Shown here piece by piece: positions 23,401 through 36,649 of a stretch of 64,000 nucleotides of DNA. The translations under genes were made by a program, and so were the position numbers. The notes under the pieces are model-generated. The model was not told where the DNA came from, searched no databases, and saw nothing but the letters and a program-made list of their open reading frames with translations. Where the stretch lies: positions 57,236 to 121,235 of the forward strand of contig NMRA01000219.1 of the NCBI GenBank assembly GCA_002633005.1, given 5' to 3'. Position 1 is the stretch's first letter; each line of letters opens with the position of its first letter. Source of the stretch: Phoronis australis (Eukaryota; Animalia; Phoronida).

Positions 23401-26400
23401 CCCTGGTAAAGTTAGTAATTTATCGTTTCGCGTTAGCCTGTTGTTTTAAATTTCACCTGGTTTTACCATATTACGCAATTTGAAGTACTTGTAACTGGAC
23501 TGGGTTGTGTGGCTAATACTTTAAAAATTGCCTTTACATTGAAGAAAATTGCCCTTACATGCTCCCTCACCACGAGCAACTCGCAGATCAGCTTTGGGCT
23601 GGACCCTACGTGTAGTTTTAAAGGTTGGATTCCCTTCCCTGTTCTTGTCCATTGACCATATTATCTCGTTATCGTGAATCCTGGGACTGCCGAATGTTTA
23701 TCGTTGTATATACTCGTTTCTAGGCGGATATTTTTATAAGTACGTGTAGCTAAAATTTAATTTCCTCGTTTTGACGTGTCCTTCAGCCTCCTCGAGATTA
23801 ATTTCTGTCGTTTATAAGATAAGAAATATATAGCAGCAGTCTGATATATTATCAATGATAAAAAATTGACAGAATCGTATCATGCCTGTTCTATGTTCAA
23901 TTATGGTATGGCCAGGAACGTGTTCAATAATTTGTGTGAATGCCCCGTTTTGTAAAATACGATACCTCGGAAGTTTGGTTTCGCTTGGAACAAATCTAGT
24001 AAAAATATGACATGATATATTTAAAATCCCCATCTGCTCTCAAGTCTCATTCTGTGGCAAGACTGTAGCGAGTGACCATGGCGTAAAAGCGGTACTCCTA
24101 TTGAAGGATGCTACGAACCCAGGTCTTTTGTCAAACCTTTTTTAGACCACTATCGTTTATCAAATTCGTCGCAAATTGTTCTTTACTCAGACATTCTGGA
24201 TTTGGGAAAGAAGTGGCAGTTGGTTACTACTTGAGGTCATCAGCCTGCTCGCCATTTAAAATAACTTGCTGTGCCAAGTCAAGTAACCTATTCTAGACTA
24301 CAAACCAACTGGTAGTTATTTTCAAGTCCAGGGATCTCTTATAATATCAGAAAGGTACTTTGACGTCAATTTTATGTGGCATAACGGTCTAAATCAAAGG
24401 CAAGCCTTTTTCAGAGGCTGGGTTCATAGCAGTTTTTAACGACCCTCGCCTGACTGATGCATAAAACGTGGTGTTAAAACCGAGGGTACACTCCTCATTT
24501 ACAGAATTAACGGGGGCACGGGGAAAACACTTCCCAACTTTTGTAAGTTCACCTCGTTCAGTTAGCGAAGAATCATTCATGTTTTCGCAGCCGTTCTACT
24601 GTAGGGTATATTCTTAACCAGCGATTGCGCCATGATAGATGTGTCTAATCTTCAGCCTCGTTCTTTTTTTAAAGTTAAATCGAAGCGAGCGCCTCCAATG
24701 AAATTTTAAAGACCTCATCTCAAAGGTTATTCTAGTTCAAAAAATGTATACGAAGTTAATATGTAACATGCTATAATGTTTCCTCATTAATTTGTTATCA
24801 CAGTTTTTATCAAGGCCGAAATAAAAATCATCGGCTATTCCCGTCTATTTCCGTGACCTGAGTTCCCTGTGCATCAGTTCAGGAACTGAATGACGGCCGT
24901 GTTGTCTTTGAAAACGTATTGATACCACCTGAGTGTATTTTGTTGTGTTGTTTTTCATTCACATTATGGTTGTTCTTATACAAATTTGGTTGTGTGTTTT
25001 CCAAACGTTTAAGGATTTGTTTGCATACTGTATGAAGCGTAACAAGTATTTATATAATTGTAAGCTGAAATGGTGAAGTCACTTCGACGCACTTCCTCAT
25101 CGCGCAGGTTCGGCAATTTTCATCTAAAAGACCTGGAAAAAGGTTTTCTATGTCTTTAACTGTATAGTTTTCTTCATCGCCCTATCATGAAACCGGGATT
25201 AAAATTTAGATGGAACTGCCCGGCAATTACTGCGGCTAACGACAGTGCGTGCTATAAGTTCGCATGGCTGCAAACACACAAAACGTACCAACGTTAAAAA
25301 GTTTGCAATCATTATTCGCCCATGTCTAAGAATAAAAGACCGATACTATTCGAAAACGTAAACTGGCCAAAAGGTGGCGCTTAACGAGACGGGTGTAGTA
25401 AAATGTAGTTTACTAGCTGAATGTCTTTGATGACGAACTGTTCTGATGTCAGGAGCGTAACGCAGTAATTCTATATTTTTTTGATCTCACAACTTTCAGC
25501 CACTCAAGGCTGGAGGGTATCTGTGTTCGTTCAGCGGCGCTAAGCGGTGTACTTCGTCGTGGTGATAGTAGCATATGCGAACACACCTGACGTAATAAAA
25601 AATTATTCCTGATCCTTTTAATCTCACTGACTATTAAAGTAATCATTTGCCTGTGTATCAATTTTTTCTTTCTGTAGTTATTGCGCCAACAGTTATATTT
25701 TAAGAACAAGATGGCGCTGACTGTTCAAGAACCCATCTGTCAAAAATAATAGGCAAATATGGATCGATTTTGAGGGTGATGTCAGGTCGTGCGGACCGGC
25801 GGAGAGCGACTTTGCTCTTCCGACCACTGATGTTTCTTAATTCTGATGTTTTCGTCTCGTACTCGATTAGAAAATTCTTACCTACTTTGATGCGCTGACA
25901 CGTCTGCTTGCTTTGTTGTCAAAGATTTATGGTTTCGTTCGTCTGATTGGTCAGATCGCGAATAGCAACATCTGACGTCTTGGCGAAATGTAATAGTCCA
26001 CGGCCTGGTCCGCCGGCACTTCCTCATAATGAAGTTATCGCACCGTGTTTTAGCCAATCAGAGGACAGTATGCATATCTATGATTGTGTTTTTTATTTTA
26101 AACTTTTTCCGTAATAAGCAGGTCTCAACAGTTGGTTTCTTACGCAGATTAAAAGTAATTTCTGGACATGGAAAAGAATGACTGTTCGTGGTTACTTGAG
26201 CCAAGGAGTCGACATTTCTTCTCTAGTTTAGAAATATCTTCGAATTTGAGTAAGAAACGATTGAACACTAATTCTGTGTCTAGTTAAAATCTCGAGACAC
26301 ATCGAGCAGTTTGTAAATTGAGTCTAAGGGCAATTTCTTCTACACGTGCGTGTGCATTTTCCTGTTTTGTAATTTGTTGCCAATTCCGTTTTCTGAAAAC

Positions 26401-27237
26401 GACTTTTTGCACAGTGACGCGTTCTATAAACATGTGTATATTTCAAGTATTCAAGGCCATGTGCCCAAGGTACAGTTACAACACAATAATGATGCAGAAA
26501 GTCATTTTACCACTATGAACCAGTCCAGACTAATGATGTCTTATTGCTGACCCTTCAAAACGTAACTTCACGCGCTTCACTTTAACAGCTTCCGGTTAGC
26601 GAATAAGCCAAGGTTATACTTGGGTCGTTACTTTTGGAGTAACTTTGCTTCCGGGCTTGCACTTGGAGATTACCATTTGACATTTCTCATGGTGTTTAGA
26701 TTTCTGTTAGCTGATTTAGAAAATATACGCTTTAAAGAGGCATTATCTGTTTTACAGCTCAAAAAATATTTTAGGGATTGTTGAAGTTATGAGCTCTGAC
26801 CAGGGGTGTAAAACAACACAATCCGTTACGTTTTTGTAATTTCATTGCAGATCTCTAATTCACGTCGTTGACTGCCAGACATTCACTGGAATAAAGTACG
26901 ATTACTTTTCCAGATACAATATTCTTATGTCATTCGGTAGAGGAGTTTAGCTCCACCAGTTACACTGCAACCTACTGAGAGTTGTGGGTTCCAGTACGGC
27001 GTTAGCTGGACAGATCTCAGCAGACCACTTTTTCTCGCCGACATTGCCGCTGTAATGCAGTTTTGTTCACCTTCTCACCTAGTCCGGAGTAAAACGTATT
27101 CTCTGAATCTGTGCCGTTTTGTCAGTTTAATACTTTTTCCGTGATTGATCTTAGAAATCATTGTTGAAGGGATGTATATTTCAGTGGTCGAAACGACCAG
27201 TTCAGACGACTAATTGCTCAACTAATGTTCATTTCAG

Positions 27238-27312
27238 GCTTTAGCAGACGATATAAAAAAGATGCACGGTTTAAGGATAACTACAGCTGTACCGAAAACC
27301 CCCGCTTCGTGA
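27238..27312 (+). CDS. BOLA3: BolA-like protein 3, exon 4 (last coding exon)
   Basis: ATTTCAG|ALADDIKKMHGLRITTAVPKTPAS*; matches BOLA3 C-terminal ALxxxIKxMHGLRIxT; phase 0 joins exon 3. Confidence 0.95.
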   Translation, partial: ALADDIKKMHGLRITTAVPKTPAS

Positions 27313-27685
27313 CCCGACATGATTGTAAAGGACTGGTGCTCAACTCAGTAGACAAATGTTTCGGGAATGTTGCTCACACGCGTCATGTAAAATCTTCCTT
27401 TCTGAATACGACTCCGATTTTCGATCACAGTTTCTACGAACATAGTTTCCACCATTTTAACATCCTCTAAATGATGGCGATGGTGATTATTCGTTAGGAA
27501 ATGTGTTGAGTTATGTACTGTTTACGTAGTGGATGAGTTTGAATCATTCTTAGCGTCCCCTGTTGTTGTGGTGTGTAAACCTCAGTGTAAGTTTGGTATT
27601 GCTGTTTTGTGTTGGAAAGGGTCATTTATTTTCACGACTCTGTAAGCCTGTAATATCTTGAAGCAGCGATGTAAGTTGAAAATAC

Positions 27686-27691
27686 ATTAAA
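27686..27691 (+). terminator. Candidate BOLA3 polyadenylation signal (ATTAAA)
   Basis: ATTAAA ~370 nt after the stop codon, followed by a GT/T-rich tract at ~27717-27750. Confidence 0.45.
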
Positions 27692-29210
27692 GCGATACAA
27701 ATATTGTTTGAAAGCCTTGTTTTTGTAGTTTTATGTTGGTGTTTATTTATATGGATGCAACGGGCGTATCGGGTATGTTACCCGATTATCAGATATCAGT
27801 GTTAAACTAGGGTTGTTATTTAGAGTTGTTGCGTGTTGGCATAGGCTAGTTAAAATGTTTATTTCTCCAAATCAATTTTATCCACCTGTCTACCAGCTGC
27901 ATGTCAGTTTTATTATGAAAAGTATCTCCAAAATAATGTAAAACAACTTTGAATGCGACCGAATGTAAGTGGTGCCCGTAGTTCAAAACTTGGTGCAACG
28001 TTCAAGTTGTTCATTTCAAACTTTGAAGATTTCCTCCGTATTCATTTGTTAGCTTAATTTTGTATTCCGCTTAGTTGTGTAGCTTTAGTCTCGGACGTGT
28101 TTAAAACACTGGTAAATGTTTTCCGACATACGCCCGCGCTCATTCCGGTAAGACATAAGTATGACAAACGTGTTGTTCAAGTACGTCATATATTCACTAT
28201 TTTAGCGGTCGCCGCCCTGTACTTTGTCGACGTCGTGCGATTAGAATCACGTATAAAGAAAGGGTCGATTTTTGCTTCAGTATTCTTTTCACGGCTTTGA
28301 TTGTTATGTTCAGTTCTAATTTTGTGTAAAGGTAATGCGTGTGTTATCGTATTTTCATTTCGTTTTGTATACAGTCATTGACCTAGGGTTCAATCTTTCG
28401 ATTTTCCTTTGTTGAACTTGCATTTTCCCGGTAAATAACTATGTGCTTAAAAAGTGGAACTGCGCTTGACAAAAAAGTATTACAGTGCTTTGTAGTTTTT
28501 TTTATACATTTACTGGGTGTCATTTGGCGTGTTCCCGTAGGTCTAAACGGGACTGGCCTCAAAGGTAAATTAAATGGGCCAAGTGTGTGGTATGATATGA
28601 AATCGCTAGCCACCTCAGTTTTTTGTGTATTGGGTGAGTGGCCTATTATGGAGAGTTATTTTTTACATTTTACTCTGAAATTGGCTTCCCAGCTGCGTGA
28701 AGTGGATTTTTTGGTCGTCAGCATATCAAGTCTTAGTGAAGCAGGGAGTTGTTGATAAGCTATTATTGAAGTAACTTCTCCAGTCATTGGGCCTGCAACT
28801 GCAGTTTCTTCCAGCGTTAGCCTATGAGAGTTTTTCGACGGGAGACTACGCTGTCGCATCCAGTTACTTCCCAGCAACGACAGGAACTCATTTTACGTCG
28901 CGACGGGGGAAACTCAGTGTAAGTTCCATGCTCAAGTACCCAACCACGTGAAAGCAGCAGCCATGATGAACCCGCGAACCGCTGAAGTTTGCAGCGAGTC
29001 TACATATAGGGACCTACTAACCTGGTCATACAGAGCACATTGACCGACTGTAAACATAAAGGAGCAACTGAAAACAAACTCTTGCTTGAATCCCATAGTA
29101 TTAGCAAATATACCGGCAATCGATTACGTGATTCTCATAACTAAGGAACTAACTCAACGATGGACAAGCAGACCGCATGCTGGGTCTTTCCTCAGTGACG
29201 GGACAAAGCA

Positions 29211-29290
29211 ACCAATCACAACGAACAAGGAAGTAAATAGTCGACGTGACCTATTTAGATGCTTGTGGTCAACGGAGTCGTGCTATAAAT
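29211..29290 (+). promoter_or_regulatory. Candidate core promoter of the TLC-domain gene (CCAAT + TATA)
   Basis: ACCAATCA at 29211 and TATAAA at 29284-29289, ~190 nt upstream of the ATG at 29475. Confidence 0.45.
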
Positions 29291-29474
29291 AGATGACGAA
29301 CCCGCATCAAGCGCCACTGCTATACACTTAGTATTTCCTTGATAACTGTGCACTCAGAACGGGGAAATTTATTGAACTATTTTCCTTGTATGACTAAATG
29401 GAAACGAGAGCTTTCTGTGACAATTCATTTATTGCAAGCTAGTTCACGAGAACACATCGATGCTGCATTAAAGT

Positions 29475-29659
29475 ATGGTTAACGTTTCTACCGAAGGATT
29501 ACTGACGGTGTCTGTTACTGCAAATGGATGTTGCCTGGTGTTTTTCGCGTCGAATGTCATTTTCAAGGTTTTGCTGCAACTTTGTGTGAGGAAAAATGCC
29601 AGCATGTGCAAAAGAATTTTGGAATTAAATTTTGACGAATCAAAGATCCTCAATAGAAT
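29475..29659 (+). CDS. TLC (TRAM/LAG1/CLN8)-domain membrane protein, exon 1
   Basis: MVNVSTEGLLTVSVTANGCCLVFFASNVIFKVLLQLC...ILNR-AT|GTAAGT; consensus donor; phase 2 joins the G at 35599 to make ATG in frame; encodes a first hydrophobic segment. Confidence 0.75.
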
Positions 29660-32600
29660 GTAAGTATTGTGTTAAAACGTTAAAGTTTTTAATTAAGTAA
29701 GACCGGGATTAAAAAATGCGTGCGGCAACCTTGAGCGGCGTTATCAGTGACGATGGTTTGATAGGACCGTTGAACGGTCACCGATAACTAACCTAACTAT
29801 ATTTAAAATAAAAAACAACACTGGCGCTTCAAGTGGCGTAAGCGGGGGACAGCTGCAGTTGGTGCATAAGAACGGCATGCCGTCTGCTTTTTTGGTGGTG
29901 TCCGCCAATGAGCTGTTCTGTTTCCTTGAATTTTGCGATGGATGACCTATACTCAAGTGGTGTAACGGGTTTCCAAAAGAAATTTATTTAGGTGGATCTT
30001 ACGAAAATGGGAAACGAACATCCGTTCTCTGAACGAACATCGTTGTTCTTTCTTTTGTAGCCCGTTTAATTATTTAGTGATTGGAACGTTCAATACGAGA
30101 AGTCAATGGAAGACGGTGCTTGAAAATTTTTGACAATGACGCATGCAAAAGGAGTTCGTATAAGCTACCAATAATTTCGTGTTAGATTTCATATTCATGT
30201 TTAGTTTCTAGGCGTTGAAAACGGCGTTACCCTTCAAATTGCCGCTCGTGGTTTCGGTTGGACAAAACATCGAAGCGAAGGGTAAAATGATATAAGAAAA
30301 CGGTTGGCTGGGTTTTCCCTTTCCTGGCTTGCAAACGCATGCAGTAGCGCTTACGAATAAAATTCCCTTTTAAATTTAAAATTTGACCGGGGAAGGATGA
30401 AGGGTAACGGACAAAAGAGATCTAGGCCAGTCCTCTCTCAGCAGCAATTGTAAATACGGACAGTGGAACATCAGGAAACATCCGAAATACCTCGGCTACT
30501 TTCGTGGCGTCAAGTTTCCCCTCGGGGCATTCGGAACACCTTGGCTATGTGTATAGCCTACGTCGAGTCAGAACTAGAGTTCTGTGGTTAAGTCTACAAA
30601 GTGCACGGTATTGTCCACCATCTTGAATATTTAATGTTGTAAACAGATCCATGCACGTGCGTGGGAGGCAATGTTTGCCTCGTATTTACCAAATTTCCTT
30701 TTCAGATAGAAAACAATGCTGCCCTTCTTTCTCGGAAACTGTAATGTGACAAAGTCGTCATGAAATGACGTCAGATTTGCTTCGTCATTGAGCGAATATA
30801 AGCAAAATGATAATTAGAATATTTAAAAGCAGTTATCACCTGTGAGTATGCAAGTCACAATAATCTTAATGCCTTCCATAACATGAATATTATAATGAAG
30901 CCCTGTTGTAATGTTGTTTATTGGTCAAGTGTAGTCAAGGCAATTGCATTGAAGAAATACGATGCGTGGAGGGATTTGTCGTCCTAACACAGTAATAGTC
31001 GACAATTACTTAGTGAGTATTTATTATTTACAAGCCACTTAGTAGCATGAGATCGATGGTGTAATTGTTTCAATTTCGTATTCATCGATAAGCACAAAAT
31101 CAATAAAGCAATTTCCTGATTTCATGTGAAAGATAATTTTTCTGGGTGTTCACTTGTTCAAAACTCATGACAAGTCCAGGAAATGTAGAGACGCAGAAAT
31201 TGCCGAGTGCCTCTAGGCGAACTTCTTTCGTTGCTATAGTGCAGTGTTGTAATCTAAGGAGGAACAACTGCATTGTTAGACAATGTATTAATTATCATAA
31301 TGTGCCGTGTCAACCGTTCATCCATTCGTCATCATAGGATAGTCGCTTCAATCATCATTCAAAGCTGAGCTAATTCATGCTTCTTGGAAAGAAAAACAAA
31401 ACGTGTTTGTGACAACACTGGGCATGTTCGTAGTGATTAATTACAACTTTTTGACAATAGTGAGGCAAAGTTTCGAAAAAATATTGTTTTAAGAACCCTT
31501 ACTCTCCCCTCCATTTGCTATGGAAAAGCGCGTGAACTGTTTTATTACGCTGGCTAATTGAATATTCAAGACAGTGGACGAAGTCTTGATTCGTGTATGG
31601 AAGCGCTGTACAGTTTTCACGCAGATAATGCCATGAAAGTTGTGAGTTGTTTCACCGCGAAAGCGCTTGATACAGAAGACGACATCTCCATTGAGGTCTT
31701 TCCAATTAAGTTCGCCAAGTTTCGCTCCTCCGAGCGCTTTCATTTTCCTTTCTCTTCCACTGAAAAAGGAAGCAAGACTCCGAAAAAAGTGGTAAAAAAC
31801 GAGCATTCAGCCCCAAATACCACTTCCTTGTTAATGCCGGACACGAATCAACACTCCAGATTCTGAAAGCAAAATTATTGCAGATTCCACGAATTTGATT
31901 CAAAAGTGCTGCCATCAGATGTTTTGCAATTCTGTGTTGTTTGAGTGCTGCCTGTAACTGCTGCAGATTCCTTGGTCGCTGAGCAGTAAAGCGACAATGT
32001 TACGGGGGGTACGCCATTTTGAAGAAAGGTTATCTTCAGCCGTATTAGTGGATTTTTTTCATTCTCAACATGTTCACAAGCATCAGTCAAACACATTCAC
32101 TTAACCTACTTGCAGATGATACTTGCCTCAAAACTGCGCAAAAACTGACGTATCCGTCAAAAAATACTTTATATTGAGTTGACAGATGTTCAAGAGCGTT
32201 TATTACATGGGGTGCGCGTGCGTGCGTGCGTAAGGTGGGGACTAAGCGATATCCGCCCAGTGTGCGAAATTTTCCGAAAATTCACACAGGGCCCATATTT
32301 GGGGAACATACGTACGGTTGAAACCTAAAACTCCCTGATTTCGGAGGAAATGTTCAGCAAAGCCGACCCCTCCTATGAAAATCAATTACTGATTTTGGCC
32401 ACTTAAGCCTACGGTACCGTTATAAAATCGGGAGTCAGATTACGGAAATGACTTCCAGGATTGGCAGTTCGTCATTGCTTCATACCAGTCTAATTAATAT
32501 TGTTTGTCTCGGTGGTTTCAGCTGCCGTAGTGTGATCGTCAGGTCGTATTTCAGCCATGTTATTACAACCTGTTTATTCAAAGGATGATGACGGCATTGT

Positions 32601-35598
32601 GAATGCGCCTTTCAGTGAATGCACCTTTCCATGACAGCGTTTTCCCGTCCAGTGACTTTACCAGACGTAGGGGGTTCTGAGCGTGTGATAATATCTAGCT
32701 TCTTTGTTTACTGCCAAACACACTCTTTTGTCTGTTTTGACAAACAATACCAGGCTTATTACAGACCACGTGTGAACACAGTCAAACTCAGAGTGAATTG
32801 GTGTATTGGAAAGAACAGATTGTCGTAACTTTGGTTGCAGTTGGGCGATTTTGGCGATTCAAAAGCTAAACATGGTCACCATTTGACGAAGATTTCAGAA
32901 ATGTTATTGGTTTATGTTCAAATATATTATAACTTAACTTTTATTTTTAACAGCACAGCTCAGTCAGGGCCGGTAGATATGATCTTATTGGAGATTAGAG
33001 AAAAAAGAGAGCTGGTCCTCCAACCATAAATGCCAGAATGGAGTTAATTAGTCGTGTAAGATATTGGCTACAGGGGTAAACTTCCCAACTTGTTGTTGGG
33101 CTATATAATCGAACAAGTTGGTAGAAACGCGGGGAACTCGGAAAACGCATGCGGAAAAAAGTTTCCGTGATAGCAGGACGTGTACGTGTTTAGCGGCTTT
33201 AACTTTTTCAATATCAAAATTTTCTTTACGTTTTTTTATTAAATAAACTATTCCTGTTACGGTATCTACGGTGTTCATAACGCTCAGGGAAGTTCCCATT
33301 TGATCGATAACCACTGCATTGAAACACCCGTGGGAGGTATATTCGGAATTTAAAAGTATGCTAAGGCGCATGGACATGACTTTTGGTCCCGGAGATGACT
33401 TCTACCAAATATTCGCTGTAAAATCAGAAAAAGTAAGAACGATCAATTAGCAATGCCGAAACTCAGTGAAACGTTCGACGACCCCGAGAGTGGAAATTTT
33501 AGTCAGACCATGTGGTACTAGGGATTGGAGAAAGCGCGTAGCCTAGACGGAATATAAAATTCATAAAGAAAAGAAAAGAAAAGGATTGTTGTTATGAAAA
33601 CGGTCCACAGTCTAGTCCTCCAATGCCGTGCTTTCGTCATTTCGCGGTTTCAATGTACATGTAGGCAATTTGATACGAGACCTAGTGTTTCTTGGGAGTA
33701 CTCGAGTCGAGTGCTTTCTTGACGGTAAGCCTGCGGCTTATAATTCTGTTCCTGGTTTACAGAGAGGTCAGTTACTGATATTTAAAACATAATAGGTCAG
33801 TGTAGTTTGCCAAGAGTTTTGGATTAAATTAGCCGGAGAAACGCTCCTTAATTTTAACACCCCTTTCACTCTGGGATGCAGCCATCCGTTTCATACAGTC
33901 TTGAACTGTTTAAAGTTATGAAATAACTAAATGCGATTTCCATGTTCAAGTTTGATAACACCGAACAGTAGCAGTTTAGTTGGCGTGGAGTGTTTTATCG
34001 GCATCCTGTTCCCTGTAATGACGATGGATTCGTTAATCAGCGAACCACGAACTCGGTACAAATCCTGTTCAGCATTTCTGCCGCTCAAGCTACTGTAGAG
34101 TACGTGTCGCCCGCGGATTACGCTCTTAAATTACGGGCATACTTCGGGATCGTAAATTGCGAGCTCAAATTTTACCCACGTCGAAACCACTGGTTTCAGA
34201 ATTCACAAATCAGCTATGTACAGTAGTGTGTTAGTAATAATCACCAAGATGGCGGGCGGGCAACTGAGCGAGACCAGGCGAATATTTTGTATTGGGTGTA
34301 GACAACTTTCAACCCTTCCTGTTGAACTGCTTATGCTAAACGTAATTAGATAGCAAGGTGTGTTTTCATTGAAAACCTCCGTCCAACCACGGTCACGGCG
34401 GTCACTCACGCTCCGCTCTCACCCGTAAACTAGTTAGGCCAAAAACACACTACAGTTGATGTTTTTTTTTTGAAAATTGAGTCGATGGTTCGGCAATTTT
34501 AGTTGCTCACTTTTTAAAAGAAAAAAGTCCACCCGGCACTAGCAAAAATGTTCTCAATTCTCGGCCTTACAATCTTTCCTCTGATACCGATGTACACAAA
34601 AATACGTAACATATGAAGCAAACGCCTGCGCACGTGCGATTTGACATTGAGCAATATTGCTCGCCTGTGGTCTAAAACGTTCAACTTGTCGCACCGTCGA
34701 TTTACGCTAGGCTTTTTACCACATATTAAAAACCCCTACATGCCTCATGCTGAGATTTCCTACGGCGGGTTTGTCCTGTTGATCAGAGCGACATCTAGTT
34801 TTGAGTTGAGTCATTCGAGATCATATTCCGGCAAAGCGATACGTCTGGATAAAGCCAAAAAAATCACTCTGAACTGTCATTCCGCGCATGGGCCTATTTT
34901 AAGAATTCCGGTAGTCGTTTTACCCACACTATTCGCGAGCAATGAATCGCGCGCGTGCGTACGTTTGGTTTATGAACTTTTGTGCAGGTCTGCACTTATT
35001 AGTGAAAGGAATGCGAAGCTGAGAATCGGGAAATTTTCATTTTTTTAATATCCGTTGTTTAGCAGCAAAAACCAGTCCGAATACATTAGAGGTGAATATC
35101 TTTTGTGCTCTGGGGGCTAGTGCTAGCCACGTTACGAGGAACATTGTATTTTCACTGCGGTGTTTTACCTTGGGCGTCGATTGCGGTACGCTCTTCTAAA
35201 AGTTTGTGTCCTTTGTTGTCAGATTTTTATAATGTACCCTCACGTTTTCATAATGGCAAAGATGTGTCTTTGTCCCAATTACCCTCTTTACTCGCTACAG
35301 CCCGATCTGTCTTTGGATTTAACGGTTACGCACGTTTAAAACACGGCGTGAAAAGTGTCTTGCCACGTCCACGGACCGTAATTACGGTGGTGTCACTTTT
35401 CCTCAAGTTCCAATAAAAACAACCAGGGAATATAACCCTTAGGAAGGTGTTTGCCAAATCTGCAATGTGTGTCATGACACTTGCAGCTACAATTTTTTAT
35501 GGAACGGACACGGGGCATTCTATTCTATAATTCAGACCACATTTGATGACGTTTTGGTTTATTTAATCAGTTGCATTTCTAATCTTTGTGTCTTTCAG

Positions 35599-36649
35599 GG
35601 CGGCTGAACACGTAGTTACCATAGCTACGGTGCTACTTGGGTTCAGCCTCTTAGTCATCGGAGATGTTCTGCGGGAGCCGTTTTTAACATTGGATAACTT
35701 CACTGTGATTGAAATAGCCTTCTGCATCAACATTGGCAAGTATTGCTACAAGATTCTACAGAATTCGTTTCTTTACCAGCATATGTCGCTGTACGCCATC
35801 CATCTTATTCATCATCTCGTGACTGTCACGTGCTTTTCGGTATTCGTCACGTACCACCAAAATACATTGCTCGGAGTTGTAGGGCTGACAGTTGAAATAT
35901 GCACGATCTGTGATGATGTGTCTAAAGTCATGAAAAAAGTGGGAATTGAAGTGCATGAGACGATATACACTGTCATCAGCGTGATTCATTGTGCGCTCAA
36001 TTTTATTTTCCGAGGACTTGTCCCTGTGTCGCTTCTCTCGTACGCTGTTGCTGTGCACAGTCCGTTTCAAATGCACTTTATACCGCTGTCTTTCTTTTTC
36101 CTCGCTGTGATATTTTATTCGGTCATTAACATGTGGATGATCAAAAATTCCGTTGATAACGTGAGAAAATCTGTGTCCGCGCGAAAGGAGTGCCTGTTGA
36201 GGAAAGCCCTCGATATTGCGATACCACACAGTAACAGAGCAAATTATTTAGCTACTGTACCACAAGACAGATGCGAAAAGCTTTATAAAAACAATTTTCA
36301 TTATTTAAAACCTTATTCGAATTTGAATATTGCTTCGAATGAACCGCAGCCACCAAATGTTCAACAAACAGACGTGGCAAAAGTCAAGAAAGTTCGATGG
36401 AGCGACCTCGTGTCACCAGCAGACGAGAAGTCCGACTACGTTACGTGCAAATATGAAAGAGGAGGTTCTATATCATCGACTGAGAGTTATACGTCTCCAA
36501 ACTTAGTGATTCCACACTGCGTGAACAGTAATGCTGGTGTTGCACTATCGTTTGCTCCCTCAAGGAGTGCGGTGACAGACAGCGTAGCCGGCGTGACAGT
36601 TAATAGCCACGTGTCACCTGACGTAATGTTGCAAACGACAGCTGTTTAA
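35599..36649 (+). CDS. TLC-domain membrane protein (TLCD/CLN8-like), exon 2
   Basis: TCTTTCAG acceptor; ~350 open codons with several TM segments and TLC hallmarks HLIHH, VEICT and FIFRG; ATTAAA at 36704. Confidence 0.88.

Noticed and set aside
27575-27600. CAGTGT loop in the BOLA3 3' UTR as an iron-responsive element
   Set aside because: Upper stem has a C-A mismatch and the required bulged C is missing.
35756-36229. 157-aa minus-strand ORF
   Set aside because: Antisense shadow of the TLC coding exon with no recognisable features.
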